This document shows, one piece after another, positions 1 through 7,654 of a stretch of DNA of 32,000 bases. Origin of the DNA: Pyrobaculum aerophilum str. IM2. GTDB taxonomy: Archaea > Thermoproteota > Thermoprotei > Thermoproteales > Thermoproteaceae. A program made the position numbers and the translations under genes. The stretch is from the NCBI RefSeq assembly GCF_000007225.1, contig NC_003364.1, positions 1,650,001 to 1,682,000 on the forward strand. The letters are read 5' to 3'. The first letter of the stretch is position 1. Each line of letters starts with the position of its first letter. The notes below the pieces were generated by a model. It was not told where the DNA came from, did not search any database, and saw only the letters and a program-made list of their open reading frames with translations.

Positions 1-35
1 TAGTACTTAACGACGTCTTTTACGACGATTTCCAC
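1..35 (-). CDS. 5' end of a gene running off the left edge (11 codons visible, MEIVVKDVVKY...); product unknown
   Basis: GTG at 35..33 (minus) is preceded by a TTTTTAATT box at 53..61. This is the same ~26-nt TATA-to-start spacing seen at most genes here. Far too short to assess coding. Confidence 0.25.
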   Translation of the reverse strand, partial: MEIVVKDVVKY

Positions 36-117
36 TAGCTCCTACGGCTCTGAATTAAAAAAGTTAACTCACTAAAAGTAAGGGGACAAGGTTATAAATT
101 AACAACTGCCTTAACTT

Positions 118-768
118 GTGAGTGTTGTCGACATAATTACGGCGTTTCTGCAACAAATGCCCGCCGTAGCGGTGGCCGTCGTACTTCTCTACGCCCTCCT
201 TGATAGGAAACTAACGGCGCTAGAGCGGAGAATGGAGAAGGAGGTGGGCGAGCTGAGGGCAAAAACGTCTGAGCTCGCCGAAGAGGTAGTAGCCCAGAAA
301 AAGGAGGTGGGGGAAAGGCTTGAAAGACTTGACAAAGGGATAGAAGAGCTGAGAGCGAAAATGGGGGAAGTTGACAAAAGGCTGTACGACCTCTCTAAAT
401 TTATATTTTTATTTAATAAGTCTTTAATAGAAATTCACCATACTAGAGATATTGTAAGTGAATATGCCTTTATAACTCTTTCGAATCTTGTACAGATAAT
501 ACCGCCGACAAAATCTAAATACTATACGGAAGAGGTCCGCGAGGAGCTTAAATCGCTTTTAAACAGAGTAAAGACCGGCCATTTCGATTGGAGAGATATT
601 GCGAGATTAAAAGAGCTTGGGAAAGTAATTTACAAGGAGTGGTGGGAAACAGGTAGGGAGGACTTAATAAATTACTATTACCACCTCCAGCTGTATATCT
701 GGCTGTTAGAGGCTAAGCTGCTGAGAGAGGGGAAAATGCCGCCTTCGCCAGAAGTTATATGGAGTTGA
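118..768 (+). CDS. hypothetical membrane-anchored coiled-coil protein
   Basis: 216-aa ORF from GTG 118, with TATA-like GGTTATAAATTAAC at 90..103 about 25 nt upstream. N-terminal hydrophobic helix (AVAVAVVLLYALL) followed by an E/K/L-rich heptad-like segment. The C-terminal two thirds are encoded by visibly AT-rich DNA. No family recognised. Confidence 0.55.
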   Translation: MSVVDIITAFLQQMPAVAVAVVLLYALLDRKLTALERRMEKEVGELRAKTSELAEEVVAQKKEVGERLERLDKGIEELRAKMGEVDKRLYDLSKFIFLFNKSLIEIHHTRDIVSEYAFITLSNLVQIIPPTKSKYYTEEVREELKSLLNRVKTGHFDWRDIARLKELGKVIYKEWWETGREDLINYYYHLQLYIWLLEAKLLREGKMPPSPEVIWS

Positions 769-863
769 GCAGGAAACCCTATATGTTGTGCAAGGGGGAC
801 CGACTGCGGTTGCCTCACGGGGCCCCTCCGGGGCTCTCAGCCGCCATGATTAATGGGAGGGGG

Positions 864-1511
864 TTATTTAAGCCTTTTCTTGGGGTATTTAATTAGCAGT
901 TTGGCGTTGCGGAGAGGGGCTGGGATCCCTCCACTGGGCGGCTCGAAGCCTAACGCCTTGCTCAACAAGTCGCCTAGCCATTGGTATTCCCAGCAAGTAA
1001 TGACGTATCTCTTCAGGGGAACTGGGGGTTCTGCGAGACAACTCACCACGGCCTCCACGCCGTATCTCGCTGAGATCTCTTCTGGATCTCCGCTTTCAAT
1101 GGCCACAAAGTGGCGCTTAGGCGTTACGTAACTGTCTAATTTGTTAATTATGAGCTCCGGACCTGTGATTACCACGTTTTTCTGAAGCCTTAGCCCAAAT
1201 ACGCAAGGCCCTGAGAACACCATGAGGGGATCCTCTGGGACGTAGGCGGCTAGCTCTTCCTCTAGGGCAATTATAGGCGCAGAGACCGCCTCAAGCGCCT
1301 CCACTATCTCTGGGGTTAGGCGAGCTGGCAGTCCTTTATAGTAGGGGAGGATGAAGTGATCTATTATGTACGCCGCAGCTTCTTCTAAACCAGTGCACTT
1401 AGGCGTTGCCGTAGGAGGCGGTAGCCCTAGTTTTTTAAAGAAATCCGGCCTCTCCCACTTTCTATACGCTTGGGAGCAGAGGGCGCCCCGGACTAGCGTT
1501 TCGCATATCAT
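864..1511 (-). CDS. hypothetical protein, third gene of the small-GTPase cassette
   Basis: 215-aa ORF whose ATG overlaps the GTPase stop by 4 nt (ATGA at 1508..1511). No motif recognised. Confidence 0.6.
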   Translation of the reverse strand: MICETLVRGALCSQAYRKWERPDFFKKLGLPPPTATPKCTGLEEAAAYIIDHFILPYYKGLPARLTPEIVEALEAVSAPIIALEEELAAYVPEDPLMVFSGPCVFGLRLQKNVVITGPELIINKLDSYVTPKRHFVAIESGDPEEISARYGVEAVVSCLAEPPVPLKRYVITCWEYQWLGDLLSKALGFEPPSGGIPAPLRNAKLLIKYPKKRLK

Positions 1512-1978
1512 GGCAACAGCTCCATTAACCTCTCTAACGGGTCGTAAATTGCAGATATTTTAACATATCGCTGCGCGTTGAGTTTAGACAAATCTGGCTT
1601 GTGTTCTACGCCGAGTCTAGCGGCGAGATCCCTCTTGTTCCCCACAACCCATATCTCCGCGGCAGAGAGGCATTTATGATAGAGGCATAGCTTCTCAGCT
1701 ATTTCATACAAGGCGTAGAGAGTATCCGCCCTCGTCAAGTCGTAAACCAGTAGGGCCCTATCGAAAAATATGTGGATTATCCGGGACACCGTATCGACGA
1801 TGTCATTCACGTATTGGCCGGGGACGTCTAGAATATAATACCACTCCCCCTTGGCGAACACCCTGTATATGCCAGGCCTTTTCGTGGGGGCTGGGGGGTT
1901 TACGATGCCGGCCAGTCTGTACACTAGCGTGGTCTTTCCCACTCCCCCTATGCCTAGAAGTATTACATATTTCCGCAT
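1508..1978 (-). CDS. Ras-superfamily small GTPase (minimal, 156 aa)
   Basis: Complete G-motif set: G1 GIGGVGKT, switch-I Thr in PTKRPG, G3 DVPGQ, G4 GNKRD, G5 ISA. Tightly packed between two unknown genes. Confidence 0.85.
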   Translation of the reverse strand: MRKYVILLGIGGVGKTTLVYRLAGIVNPPAPTKRPGIYRVFAKGEWYYILDVPGQYVNDIVDTVSRIIHIFFDRALLVYDLTRADTLYALYEIAEKLCLYHKCLSAAEIWVVGNKRDLAARLGVEHKPDLSKLNAQRYVKISAIYDPLERLMELLP

Positions 1979-1979
1979 T

Positions 1980-2468
1980 TTATGGAGGGGCCGTGATCAC
2001 TTCATCTGCCTCTTCTTCCTCGGGGGCGTAGAGAGTTGATATTAAGTCGCCGACGGGGCCCTCCACTTTAATAATAACCATTTTGTGGACATAGCGCCTA
2101 ACTCCTTTGACCGGCGCTCCAACACACGCCACGCCGATGTCAAAAGGGCCGAACTCTTTAAAGACCTCCTCAATAGTCCAGCCCCCCTCTAGTAGAGTTA
2201 AGGCCACGCGGTCGGGCAGGGCCAACACGAATTCTAATATGGCGTCTTTCTCAAAGGGCCCCACGGCTACGACATAGGGGGCAATGAATAACACGTCTCC
2301 GTGCCAGCCGCATGGATAGGTGAAGACTAAGGCCCTGGCCGGAGACTTCGCCGCTATTTTCTCTAGGGCGTACGCCCTCTGTTTTTGGAGCAGAACTGTA
2401 AAAGCCTTATAGAGGCGGAGTGTGGCCTCGTCGCGCCAGTCTTTTGAGTATATTAAAAGCGTTCGCAC
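1980..2468 (-). CDS. hypothetical protein, first gene of the small-GTPase cassette
   Basis: 162-aa ORF from GTG 2468. Its stop lies 1 nt before the GTPase ATG. An ATTAATTAA box sits about 20-28 nt upstream on the minus strand. Acidic C-terminal tail (PEEEEADE). No motif recognised. Confidence 0.6.
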   Translation of the reverse strand: MRTLLIYSKDWRDEATLRLYKAFTVLLQKQRAYALEKIAAKSPARALVFTYPCGWHGDVLFIAPYVVAVGPFEKDAILEFVLALPDRVALTLLEGGWTIEEVFKEFGPFDIGVACVGAPVKGVRRYVHKMVIIKVEGPVGDLISTLYAPEEEEADEVITAPP

Positions 2469-2503
2469 ATCTATTGATATAAAGTCGTTAATTAATCTAG
2501 CGC
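2469..2503. promoter_or_regulatory. 35-bp divergent promoter region with two back-to-back TATA-like boxes
   Basis: TTGATATAAAG (2474..2484) lies ~25 nt upstream of ATG 2504 on the plus strand. ATTAATTAA on the minus strand lies ~20-28 nt upstream of GTG 2468. There is no space for leaders. Confidence 0.45.
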
Positions 2504-3417
2504 ATGGGAAAAGTCCTCACTATTTTAGCCCACGGAGATGCCGACGGCGTGTGTTCCGCGGCGCTAGTAAAGGCGGCTCTTGGCTCTAAATACGACGAAG
2601 TGAGAGTAGTTTTCACACACCCAGTGGATTTGGTGAAAGACTTTAGGGAATTCGCCGCGGGCGACGTCTATATAGTAGATGTGGCCATTGACGAGAAATA
2701 CTTCTCAGAGGCTAGAGAGGCATTGCCAAGCCACAGAGGGCGGGTGGTATACATTGACCACCACCCCCTTCCCGGGGAAATCCCAGGCATAGAAATTTTC
2801 CACGAGGAGGGGGCGTCGGCGTCTGAATTGACCTATAGGATGCTGGCGGGTTTACTGCCCCGCCGCATGAGCCGCGTGGCGTTGTACGGCGCAATTAGCG
2901 ACTATATGGATTATACGGAGTGGGTCCGATCCGCCTTGTTGCAGTGGGACAAGCGAATTGTATATTTTGAATCTGGAGTTTTAATGCAGGGGCTGGAGAG
3001 GGCTAGAAAAGACCACGAATTTAAACGAGAAGTCGTTGACCACCTGACCCGGGGAGGCGCGCCCTCCGCCATGAATAGGCTGTGGCTGAGGAGCAGGCTA
3101 AAATAAACGAGGCATTGACTGAGTGGGTGGAGAAAAACGCGGTGGTAAAGGGCGCTGTGGCCTATGTCGTCAACCCGCCCGGTCCCATGGGCCTGGCGGC
3201 TGAGGAGAGGGGGGATATTTACGTCTTAAGCCTCCGCTCAGTCGGCGTGGATCTAAACGCCTTTCTCAGGGAATTCGCCAGGAAATATGACGTGTCCGGC
3301 GGGGGGCATAAAAACGCGGCGGGCGGCAGAGTGCCCAAGTCTCTTTTCGAAAATTTAATCGACGAGCTTAATTGGTATATATCACGGCAGAGACAGGGCC
3401 TTGTCTCCTCACAATAG
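2504..3417 (+). pseudogene. DHH/DHHA1-family phosphoesterase (NrnA/RecJ-like) interrupted by a frameshift
   Basis: ORF 2504..3106 carries DHH-family motifs (HGDADG, VDVAID, IDHHP). ORF 3082..3417, in another frame, continues with the DHHA1 motif GGGHKNAAGG. Both frames are open only in 3079..3103. Adding one nt (e.g. CTGTGG to CTGGTGG) would give a continuous ...SAMNRLVAEEQAKINEAL... protein of about 305 aa. Confidence 0.75.
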
Positions 3418-5014
3418 GCCTCTTCTCGACTAGCCAGTCCACTAAATTGCTGAAAAACTTCCAGTTGTCGCCCAGCGTGATGTAATAGGGGGTGAAAGAC
3501 CTAACTGAGCCAATAAAGACGAAATTCCCAGCCTGCGCCGCCACTGTGTAATTGCCCCAGCCGTATCCAAAGACGTAGCCTCTGGCCTCAAGCCTCAGCG
3601 GGGCGTTTGTGGCCACGGCCGAGGGGCTGAACAACACTAGCTTCTCCACTCCCCGCGTCAAGTTCCACTCGCCGCTTGGTTTTACCTCAACGAATTGCCA
3701 GTTCTGGACGTAGTTGGCGCCCCCGGCGGTGAAGTTATACACAGCCCTGAGGCCGGACATATTGAAATACATGAGCAGGGGGTCGAAGACTGCGTATAGG
3801 GAGTAGGGCGCGACATAGGAGACTCCGGAGATTACCACAATGGCGCTGGCCCTCATGTCGTAGAAATAAGCCACTCTCACCCCCCTCAAAGTGGCGTTTA
3901 CTACGGCTTTAACTGCTTCTTTGCTAAACGGCGCGGTGGGGTTTACCACGACTAGCGCAGTGGCGTTTGACAACAATGTGGTTAGTTGGTATTCGCTGGA
4001 AGCAGCGGCCAAGACGTAGCCTCTCTTCGCCAGCTCTGCCCTGAGCACTTCTATCAAACTACGGGGGATCATGTTGTTGTGGGCCATGTCAAGCACTACA
4101 TATGGCTTGTCAAACGGCAATGGCTGTAACGTGGCGTTGGGGGCTGTCTTCACTGAGATAGTCCACTGTACGGCTGTGGGCAGTATGTAAAACAGCGGCA
4201 CCGGGGTGGAGTTGAGAAGTCTGTTGAGATCTACTTTGAACTCAGCAGACGGGGAGTAAGTGGCGTTGGCTACTTGGCCTATGTTCTTCACTTCGTACTC
4301 CCTCAAGCCGAGCCTCTGGGCCATGTCTCTAACGGCGTCAAAAATCCCGCCGATTTCGTCCACTAGGCCCAGCTCTTTGGCTTGATCCGCCGTGAATATA
4401 GACGCCGTCTCGAACACGTCGGGAGAAGCCTTTATCCTCCCGGCCCTGCCCTTGAGCACTGCCTGTACGAAGTTCAGCCTCACTCTCTCAATGTCGTTAT
4501 AATAATCCGTCAGCTCTCTTCCATAGTATTTCAAAGGCCCTGTGGTGTATATGTAGTCTGGAATGTCGTAAAAATACTCCTCAGGCCACATAACTGCTAT
4601 TACGCCAATGCTCCCAACCCAACTTGAAGGCGTTGCGTATATTCTCTCAGTGGCCACGGCAACGTAATAAGCGCCGGAGGCCGCCAGGCCGTTTACCACG
4701 GCGTATTTCGTCTTGTTAATACCCGCCACAGTTGTGTACAGAGCCTCGGTGGCGGATACAGTGCCTCCCGGCGAATTGATCAAAAGAACTATCCCAGCGA
4801 CGTCGCCTCTCTGGGCCACGGCAATTAAGGCGGAAATTAGTTTATCAACAGCGGGGCTCTCGAGCACGAAGTCAATGGGGACGAGGACAATTTTAGGCTT
4901 GGCGGGCTGCGGGGGCGGAGGCGATGGTTTATACGTCGTGAGGACTAGAAATATGGCGGCAACGCTTATGGCCAACGCCAGAGCCACGCCGAATGTGACG
5001 AACTTGTCAGACAT
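3368..5014 (-). CDS. sppA: signal peptide peptidase SppA (S49, ClpP fold) with a long C-terminal extension
   Basis: 548-aa ORF with an N-terminal TM helix and S49 signatures LLINSPGGTV and AASGAYYVA...GSIGV. The ~280-aa C-terminal domain has no motif I recognise. The 3' end overlaps the convergent DHH gene by 50 nt. Confidence 0.8.
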   Translation of the reverse strand: MSDKFVTFGVALALAISVAAIFLVLTTYKPSPPPPQPAKPKIVLVPIDFVLESPAVDKLISALIAVAQRGDVAGIVLLINSPGGTVSATEALYTTVAGINKTKYAVVNGLAASGAYYVAVATERIYATPSSWVGSIGVIAVMWPEEYFYDIPDYIYTTGPLKYYGRELTDYYNDIERVRLNFVQAVLKGRAGRIKASPDVFETASIFTADQAKELGLVDEIGGIFDAVRDMAQRLGLREYEVKNIGQVANATYSPSAEFKVDLNRLLNSTPVPLFYILPTAVQWTISVKTAPNATLQPLPFDKPYVVLDMAHNNMIPRSLIEVLRAELAKRGYVLAAASSEYQLTTLLSNATALVVVNPTAPFSKEAVKAVVNATLRGVRVAYFYDMRASAIVVISGVSYVAPYSLYAVFDPLLMYFNMSGLRAVYNFTAGGANYVQNWQFVEVKPSGEWNLTRGVEKLVLFSPSAVATNAPLRLEARGYVFGYGWGNYTVAAQAGNFVFIGSVRSFTPYYITLGDNWKFFSNLVDWLVEKRPIVRRQGPVSAVIYTN

Positions 5015-5066
5015 AGGGGTTATTTCTCTGGTGTATATATTTTTAAATACGCCGCCAGATTTCCAA
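5015..5066. promoter_or_regulatory. shared divergent promoter (sppA / htrA-like)
   Basis: The AT-rich core GTGTATATATTTTTAAATAC (5031..5050) lies ~25 nt from both ATG 5014 (minus) and ATG 5067 (plus). Confidence 0.5.
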
Positions 5067-5942
5067 ATGGATCTCAGCGGACTGGTGGAGAGGGCCTCTC
5101 GGTCTGTTGTAGGGGTTATAACCCGCCAGCTGGACTTATTTCAAGGCGATTTTGGCTTCGGCACGGCCTTTGCCGTTGACAGCGGCGTATTCGCCACGGC
5201 CTTTCACGTAGTGGCCTCTGCGGAGGAGGTGGCGTTAGTCACCCCTGAGGGGGATAAGGCAAGGGGGCAGGTAATAGCCGCAGACGCCGCTGAGGATGTG
5301 GCGTTGATATACGCAGAGCTCAAGGCCCCTCCTCTCCCTATGGGCAGCGCCTTGAAATTAAAAGTGGGCCAGGGAGTGGTGGCAATCGGCTATCCCCTGG
5401 CGCTATTGGACAAGCCCACGGCCACTTTCGGCATAGTAAGCGCCGTTGGGAGAACTCTGAGGGCGGGGGACAGGGTGTTCGAATTTCTCATTCAGACAGA
5501 CGCCGCTATTAACCCCGGCAACTCGGGAGGGCCTCTTATAAATATGGAGGGCGAGGCCGTGGGGGTAAACTCCGCCATTATTGCAGGGGCCCAGGGACTT
5601 GGCTTCGCGGTGCCTATAGACATAGTAAAAATTATGCTGGAAATGATTAGGAAATACGGCAGATATGTAAGACCGGCGCTGGGGATATACGTCACCGCTT
5701 TAAATAAAGCCGTGGCGTCTATATACGGCATACCGCTGGACAGGGGGCTGTTAGTAGTTGAGGTTTTGCCCGGGTCGCCCGCGGAGGATCTCGGCTTAGA
5801 GAGAGGAGACGTAATTTTAAAAGTAGACGGGCGGGCTGTGACGAACGTGTTTGAGCTAAGACTCCGCGTGGCTGAGGCGGTAATAAGCCAGAGAAGGCCC
5901 GTTTTTGAAATCTGGCGGAGGGGAAGGGTCTTAGAGCTCTAA
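5067..5942 (+). CDS. HtrA/DegP-type trypsin-like serine protease with C-terminal PDZ domain
   Basis: Catalytic triad context FHVV / DVALIY / GNSGGPL and a PDZ-like tail (GLLVVEVLPGSPAEDLGLERGDVILKVDG). Start set at ATG 5067, because the longer ORF from 4713 runs antisense through sppA. Confidence 0.85.
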   Translation: MDLSGLVERASRSVVGVITRQLDLFQGDFGFGTAFAVDSGVFATAFHVVASAEEVALVTPEGDKARGQVIAADAAEDVALIYAELKAPPLPMGSALKLKVGQGVVAIGYPLALLDKPTATFGIVSAVGRTLRAGDRVFEFLIQTDAAINPGNSGGPLINMEGEAVGVNSAIIAGAQGLGFAVPIDIVKIMLEMIRKYGRYVRPALGIYVTALNKAVASIYGIPLDRGLLVVEVLPGSPAEDLGLERGDVILKVDGRAVTNVFELRLRVAEAVISQRRPVFEIWRRGRVLEL

Positions 5943-6271
5943 TTTTTCCTTAAATAGCTGTCCTGCCCCCTCGCCCAGTCGCTCCTCGGCGGGGAGAAGA
6001 CGTCTATTACTACGGCGTCTGTAATGGCCTTCACCTCGTGCTCAACGCCTGGGGGTATGTGGACGACGTCTCCAGCGGCGGCAGTGAGCCTCCTCCCCCC
6101 TAGGTCGAATTCCAGCAACCCTTGTAAGACCACTGTGATCTGCTCGTTGGGGTGGCTGTGTCTCTGCACTACACAGCCCTCTTTTAGTATAAACTGAGCC
6201 ACTGTGACGTTCTCGCCGGAGATGTACCTCCTCTCAACGCAGTCGCTTAATTTCTCCCAGCGCCAACTCAT
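5939..6271 (-). CDS. cupin-domain protein
   Basis: 110 aa with cupin motifs HSHPNEQITVVLQG and GDVVHIPPGVEHEV. ATGA overlap with the upstream gene. Confidence 0.8.
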   Translation of the reverse strand: MSWRWEKLSDCVERRYISGENVTVAQFILKEGCVVQRHSHPNEQITVVLQGLLEFDLGGRRLTAAAGDVVHIPPGVEHEVKAITDAVVIDVFSPPRSDWARGQDSYLRKN

Positions 6272-6531
6272 AGGTTGAGAAGCTTTTTCCTCTCCTCAGG
6301 CGGGAGGGCGAATACGTCAAGAGAGTTGAGTATTACCTCAGCCGCCTCCACGGGGTCTCTGTAATAAAACCGCATCCCGGCGATGTCCACGGCCTTTAAA
6401 AGCCCGTTGGCCACAAATTTATCCAGTTTCTCCCGCGCCTCCCCCGGCGACATTCCGAGGTAGTACGCGGCTTGGCCCTCGGTGAAGGCGCCAAGTGTAC
6501 GCGCCATTTTTAACACACGGCGTAATAGCAT
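6268..6531 (-). CDS. small putative winged-helix DNA-binding protein
   Basis: 87-aa ORF co-transcribed with the cupin gene (4-nt overlap). HTH-like segment EGQAAYYLGMSPGEAREKLDKFVANGLL. ATATATAG box 18 nt upstream of ATG 6531 on the minus strand. Confidence 0.55.
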   Translation of the reverse strand: MLLRRVLKMARTLGAFTEGQAAYYLGMSPGEAREKLDKFVANGLLKAVDIAGMRFYYRDPVEAAEVILNSLDVFALPPEERKKLLNL

Positions 6532-6593
6532 GTGTTAACGTTTTCCGCGCTATATATGTTTTGTGGTTTATATATGGGTAAAATTTCTACACT

Positions 6594-7619
6594 ATGGATG
6601 TGGGGGAGTTGCTAGAAGATGTATTGAGAATCTACAGCCCCTCACACGGCGAGGCTGATTTGGCGAAGTACCTTTTAGAATACTTAAAGCGTTTCGTGCC
6701 AGACGTGTGGATAGACGAGGCGGGAAACGTAATTGCCGTGAAGGGCAGCGGAGGCCCCGTGGTGTGGCTACACGCGCACATGGACACAGTGCCCGGCCCC
6801 CTGCCGGTTAAGAGGGAGGGAGGCGTCGTCTGGGGGCGCGGCGCTGTTGACGACAAGGGGCCCCTTGTGGCTTATTTAAAGGCTTTTTTAGACAGCAATC
6901 CCCGCGGCACTTTAGTCTTGGCGTTAGTAACCGCCGAGGAGGACGACAGCGCTGGCACTGAGGCTTTGCTACGGGGAGGCCCTCCCAGGCCCGACTACGT
7001 GTTCGTGGGGGAGCCCACAAACCTCCACATCGCGTATGCCTACAGAGGGGGGGCTAAGGTGTATATAGAACTAGAGTCACGGGGGGGACACGCCAGCTCT
7101 CCAATATACGACAACATCGTGGAAGAGCTCTTTGCCGTATACCAAGAGGTGAAGAGAGCCTTGGGACACGCTGAGAGGTACGACGCCTTCACCGTCACGC
7201 CGACAATAATCCAGTGCGGAGAAGCCCCTAATAAAGTGCCCACTAAATGCGTCATGGTGCTAGACGTGAGAATACCCCCGGGGAAAAGTTGCAGAGATTT
7301 AGCCCAGGCCCTGCCCCCAAAGGCGAGGGCAGGCCCGTGCACTGAGCCGGTGGAGGTCTCTCCCACAAACCCAGCGGCCAGAGCCTTGACAAGGGCGTTG
7401 TTAAAACTCGGCGTTGAGCCGAAGCTCAGCAGGAAATGGGGCACCGCCGACTTTAACCTCCTTGTGTCTTTGACTAAAAACATAGCCGCCTTTGGGCCGG
7501 GGGATCCAGCACTGGCCCATTCAGAGGATGAGCGCATAGACATCGCCCAGGTGGAGCTCGCCGCCAAGGCCTTGAAACTGGCTGTGGAGGAGCTCGGCAT
7601 TATACCACGCCGACTATAA
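6594..7619 (+). CDS. M20-family metallo-deacylase, LysK/ArgE-like ([LysW]-lysine/ornithine hydrolase or acetylornithine deacetylase)
   Basis: 341 aa with M20 metal-binding contexts LHAHMDTVPG, GRGAVDDKG and AEEDDSAG. Size matches the archaeal LysK class. GTTTATATATGGG box ~24 nt upstream of the ATG. Confidence 0.7.
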   Translation: MDVGELLEDVLRIYSPSHGEADLAKYLLEYLKRFVPDVWIDEAGNVIAVKGSGGPVVWLHAHMDTVPGPLPVKREGGVVWGRGAVDDKGPLVAYLKAFLDSNPRGTLVLALVTAEEDDSAGTEALLRGGPPRPDYVFVGEPTNLHIAYAYRGGAKVYIELESRGGHASSPIYDNIVEELFAVYQEVKRALGHAERYDAFTVTPTIIQCGEAPNKVPTKCVMVLDVRIPPGKSCRDLAQALPPKARAGPCTEPVEVSPTNPAARALTRALLKLGVEPKLSRKWGTADFNLLVSLTKNIAAFGPGDPALAHSEDERIDIAQVELAAKALKLAVEELGIIPRRL

Positions 7620-7654
7620 CGAAAAACATATATTTTAACAGCATATTGTTGTCT

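Noticed and set aside
806-844. G+C-rich hairpin (GGGGCCCC-UCC-GGGGCUCU, 819..837, inside a GCGGU/GCCGC outer stem) between convergent genes
   Set aside because: It could be a small structured element, but archaeal termination relies on oligo-T tracts rather than hairpins, and an isolated GC hairpin in a G+C-rich thermophile is not distinctive.
4713-5066. 118-codon N-terminal extension of the HtrA ORF
   Set aside because: It runs antisense through the sppA 5' region, has junk-like composition, and the promoter spacing fits ATG 5067.
7040-7600. Long antisense ORFs: 7040..7600, 16745..17314, 17362..17913, 24378..24704, 25091..25468, 26976..27467, 30882..31517 and similar
   Set aside because: These are shadow ORFs opposite strongly supported genes. 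They are S/A/P/T-rich and low-complexity with no promoters, typical of stop-poor antisense frames in G+C-biased coding DNA.
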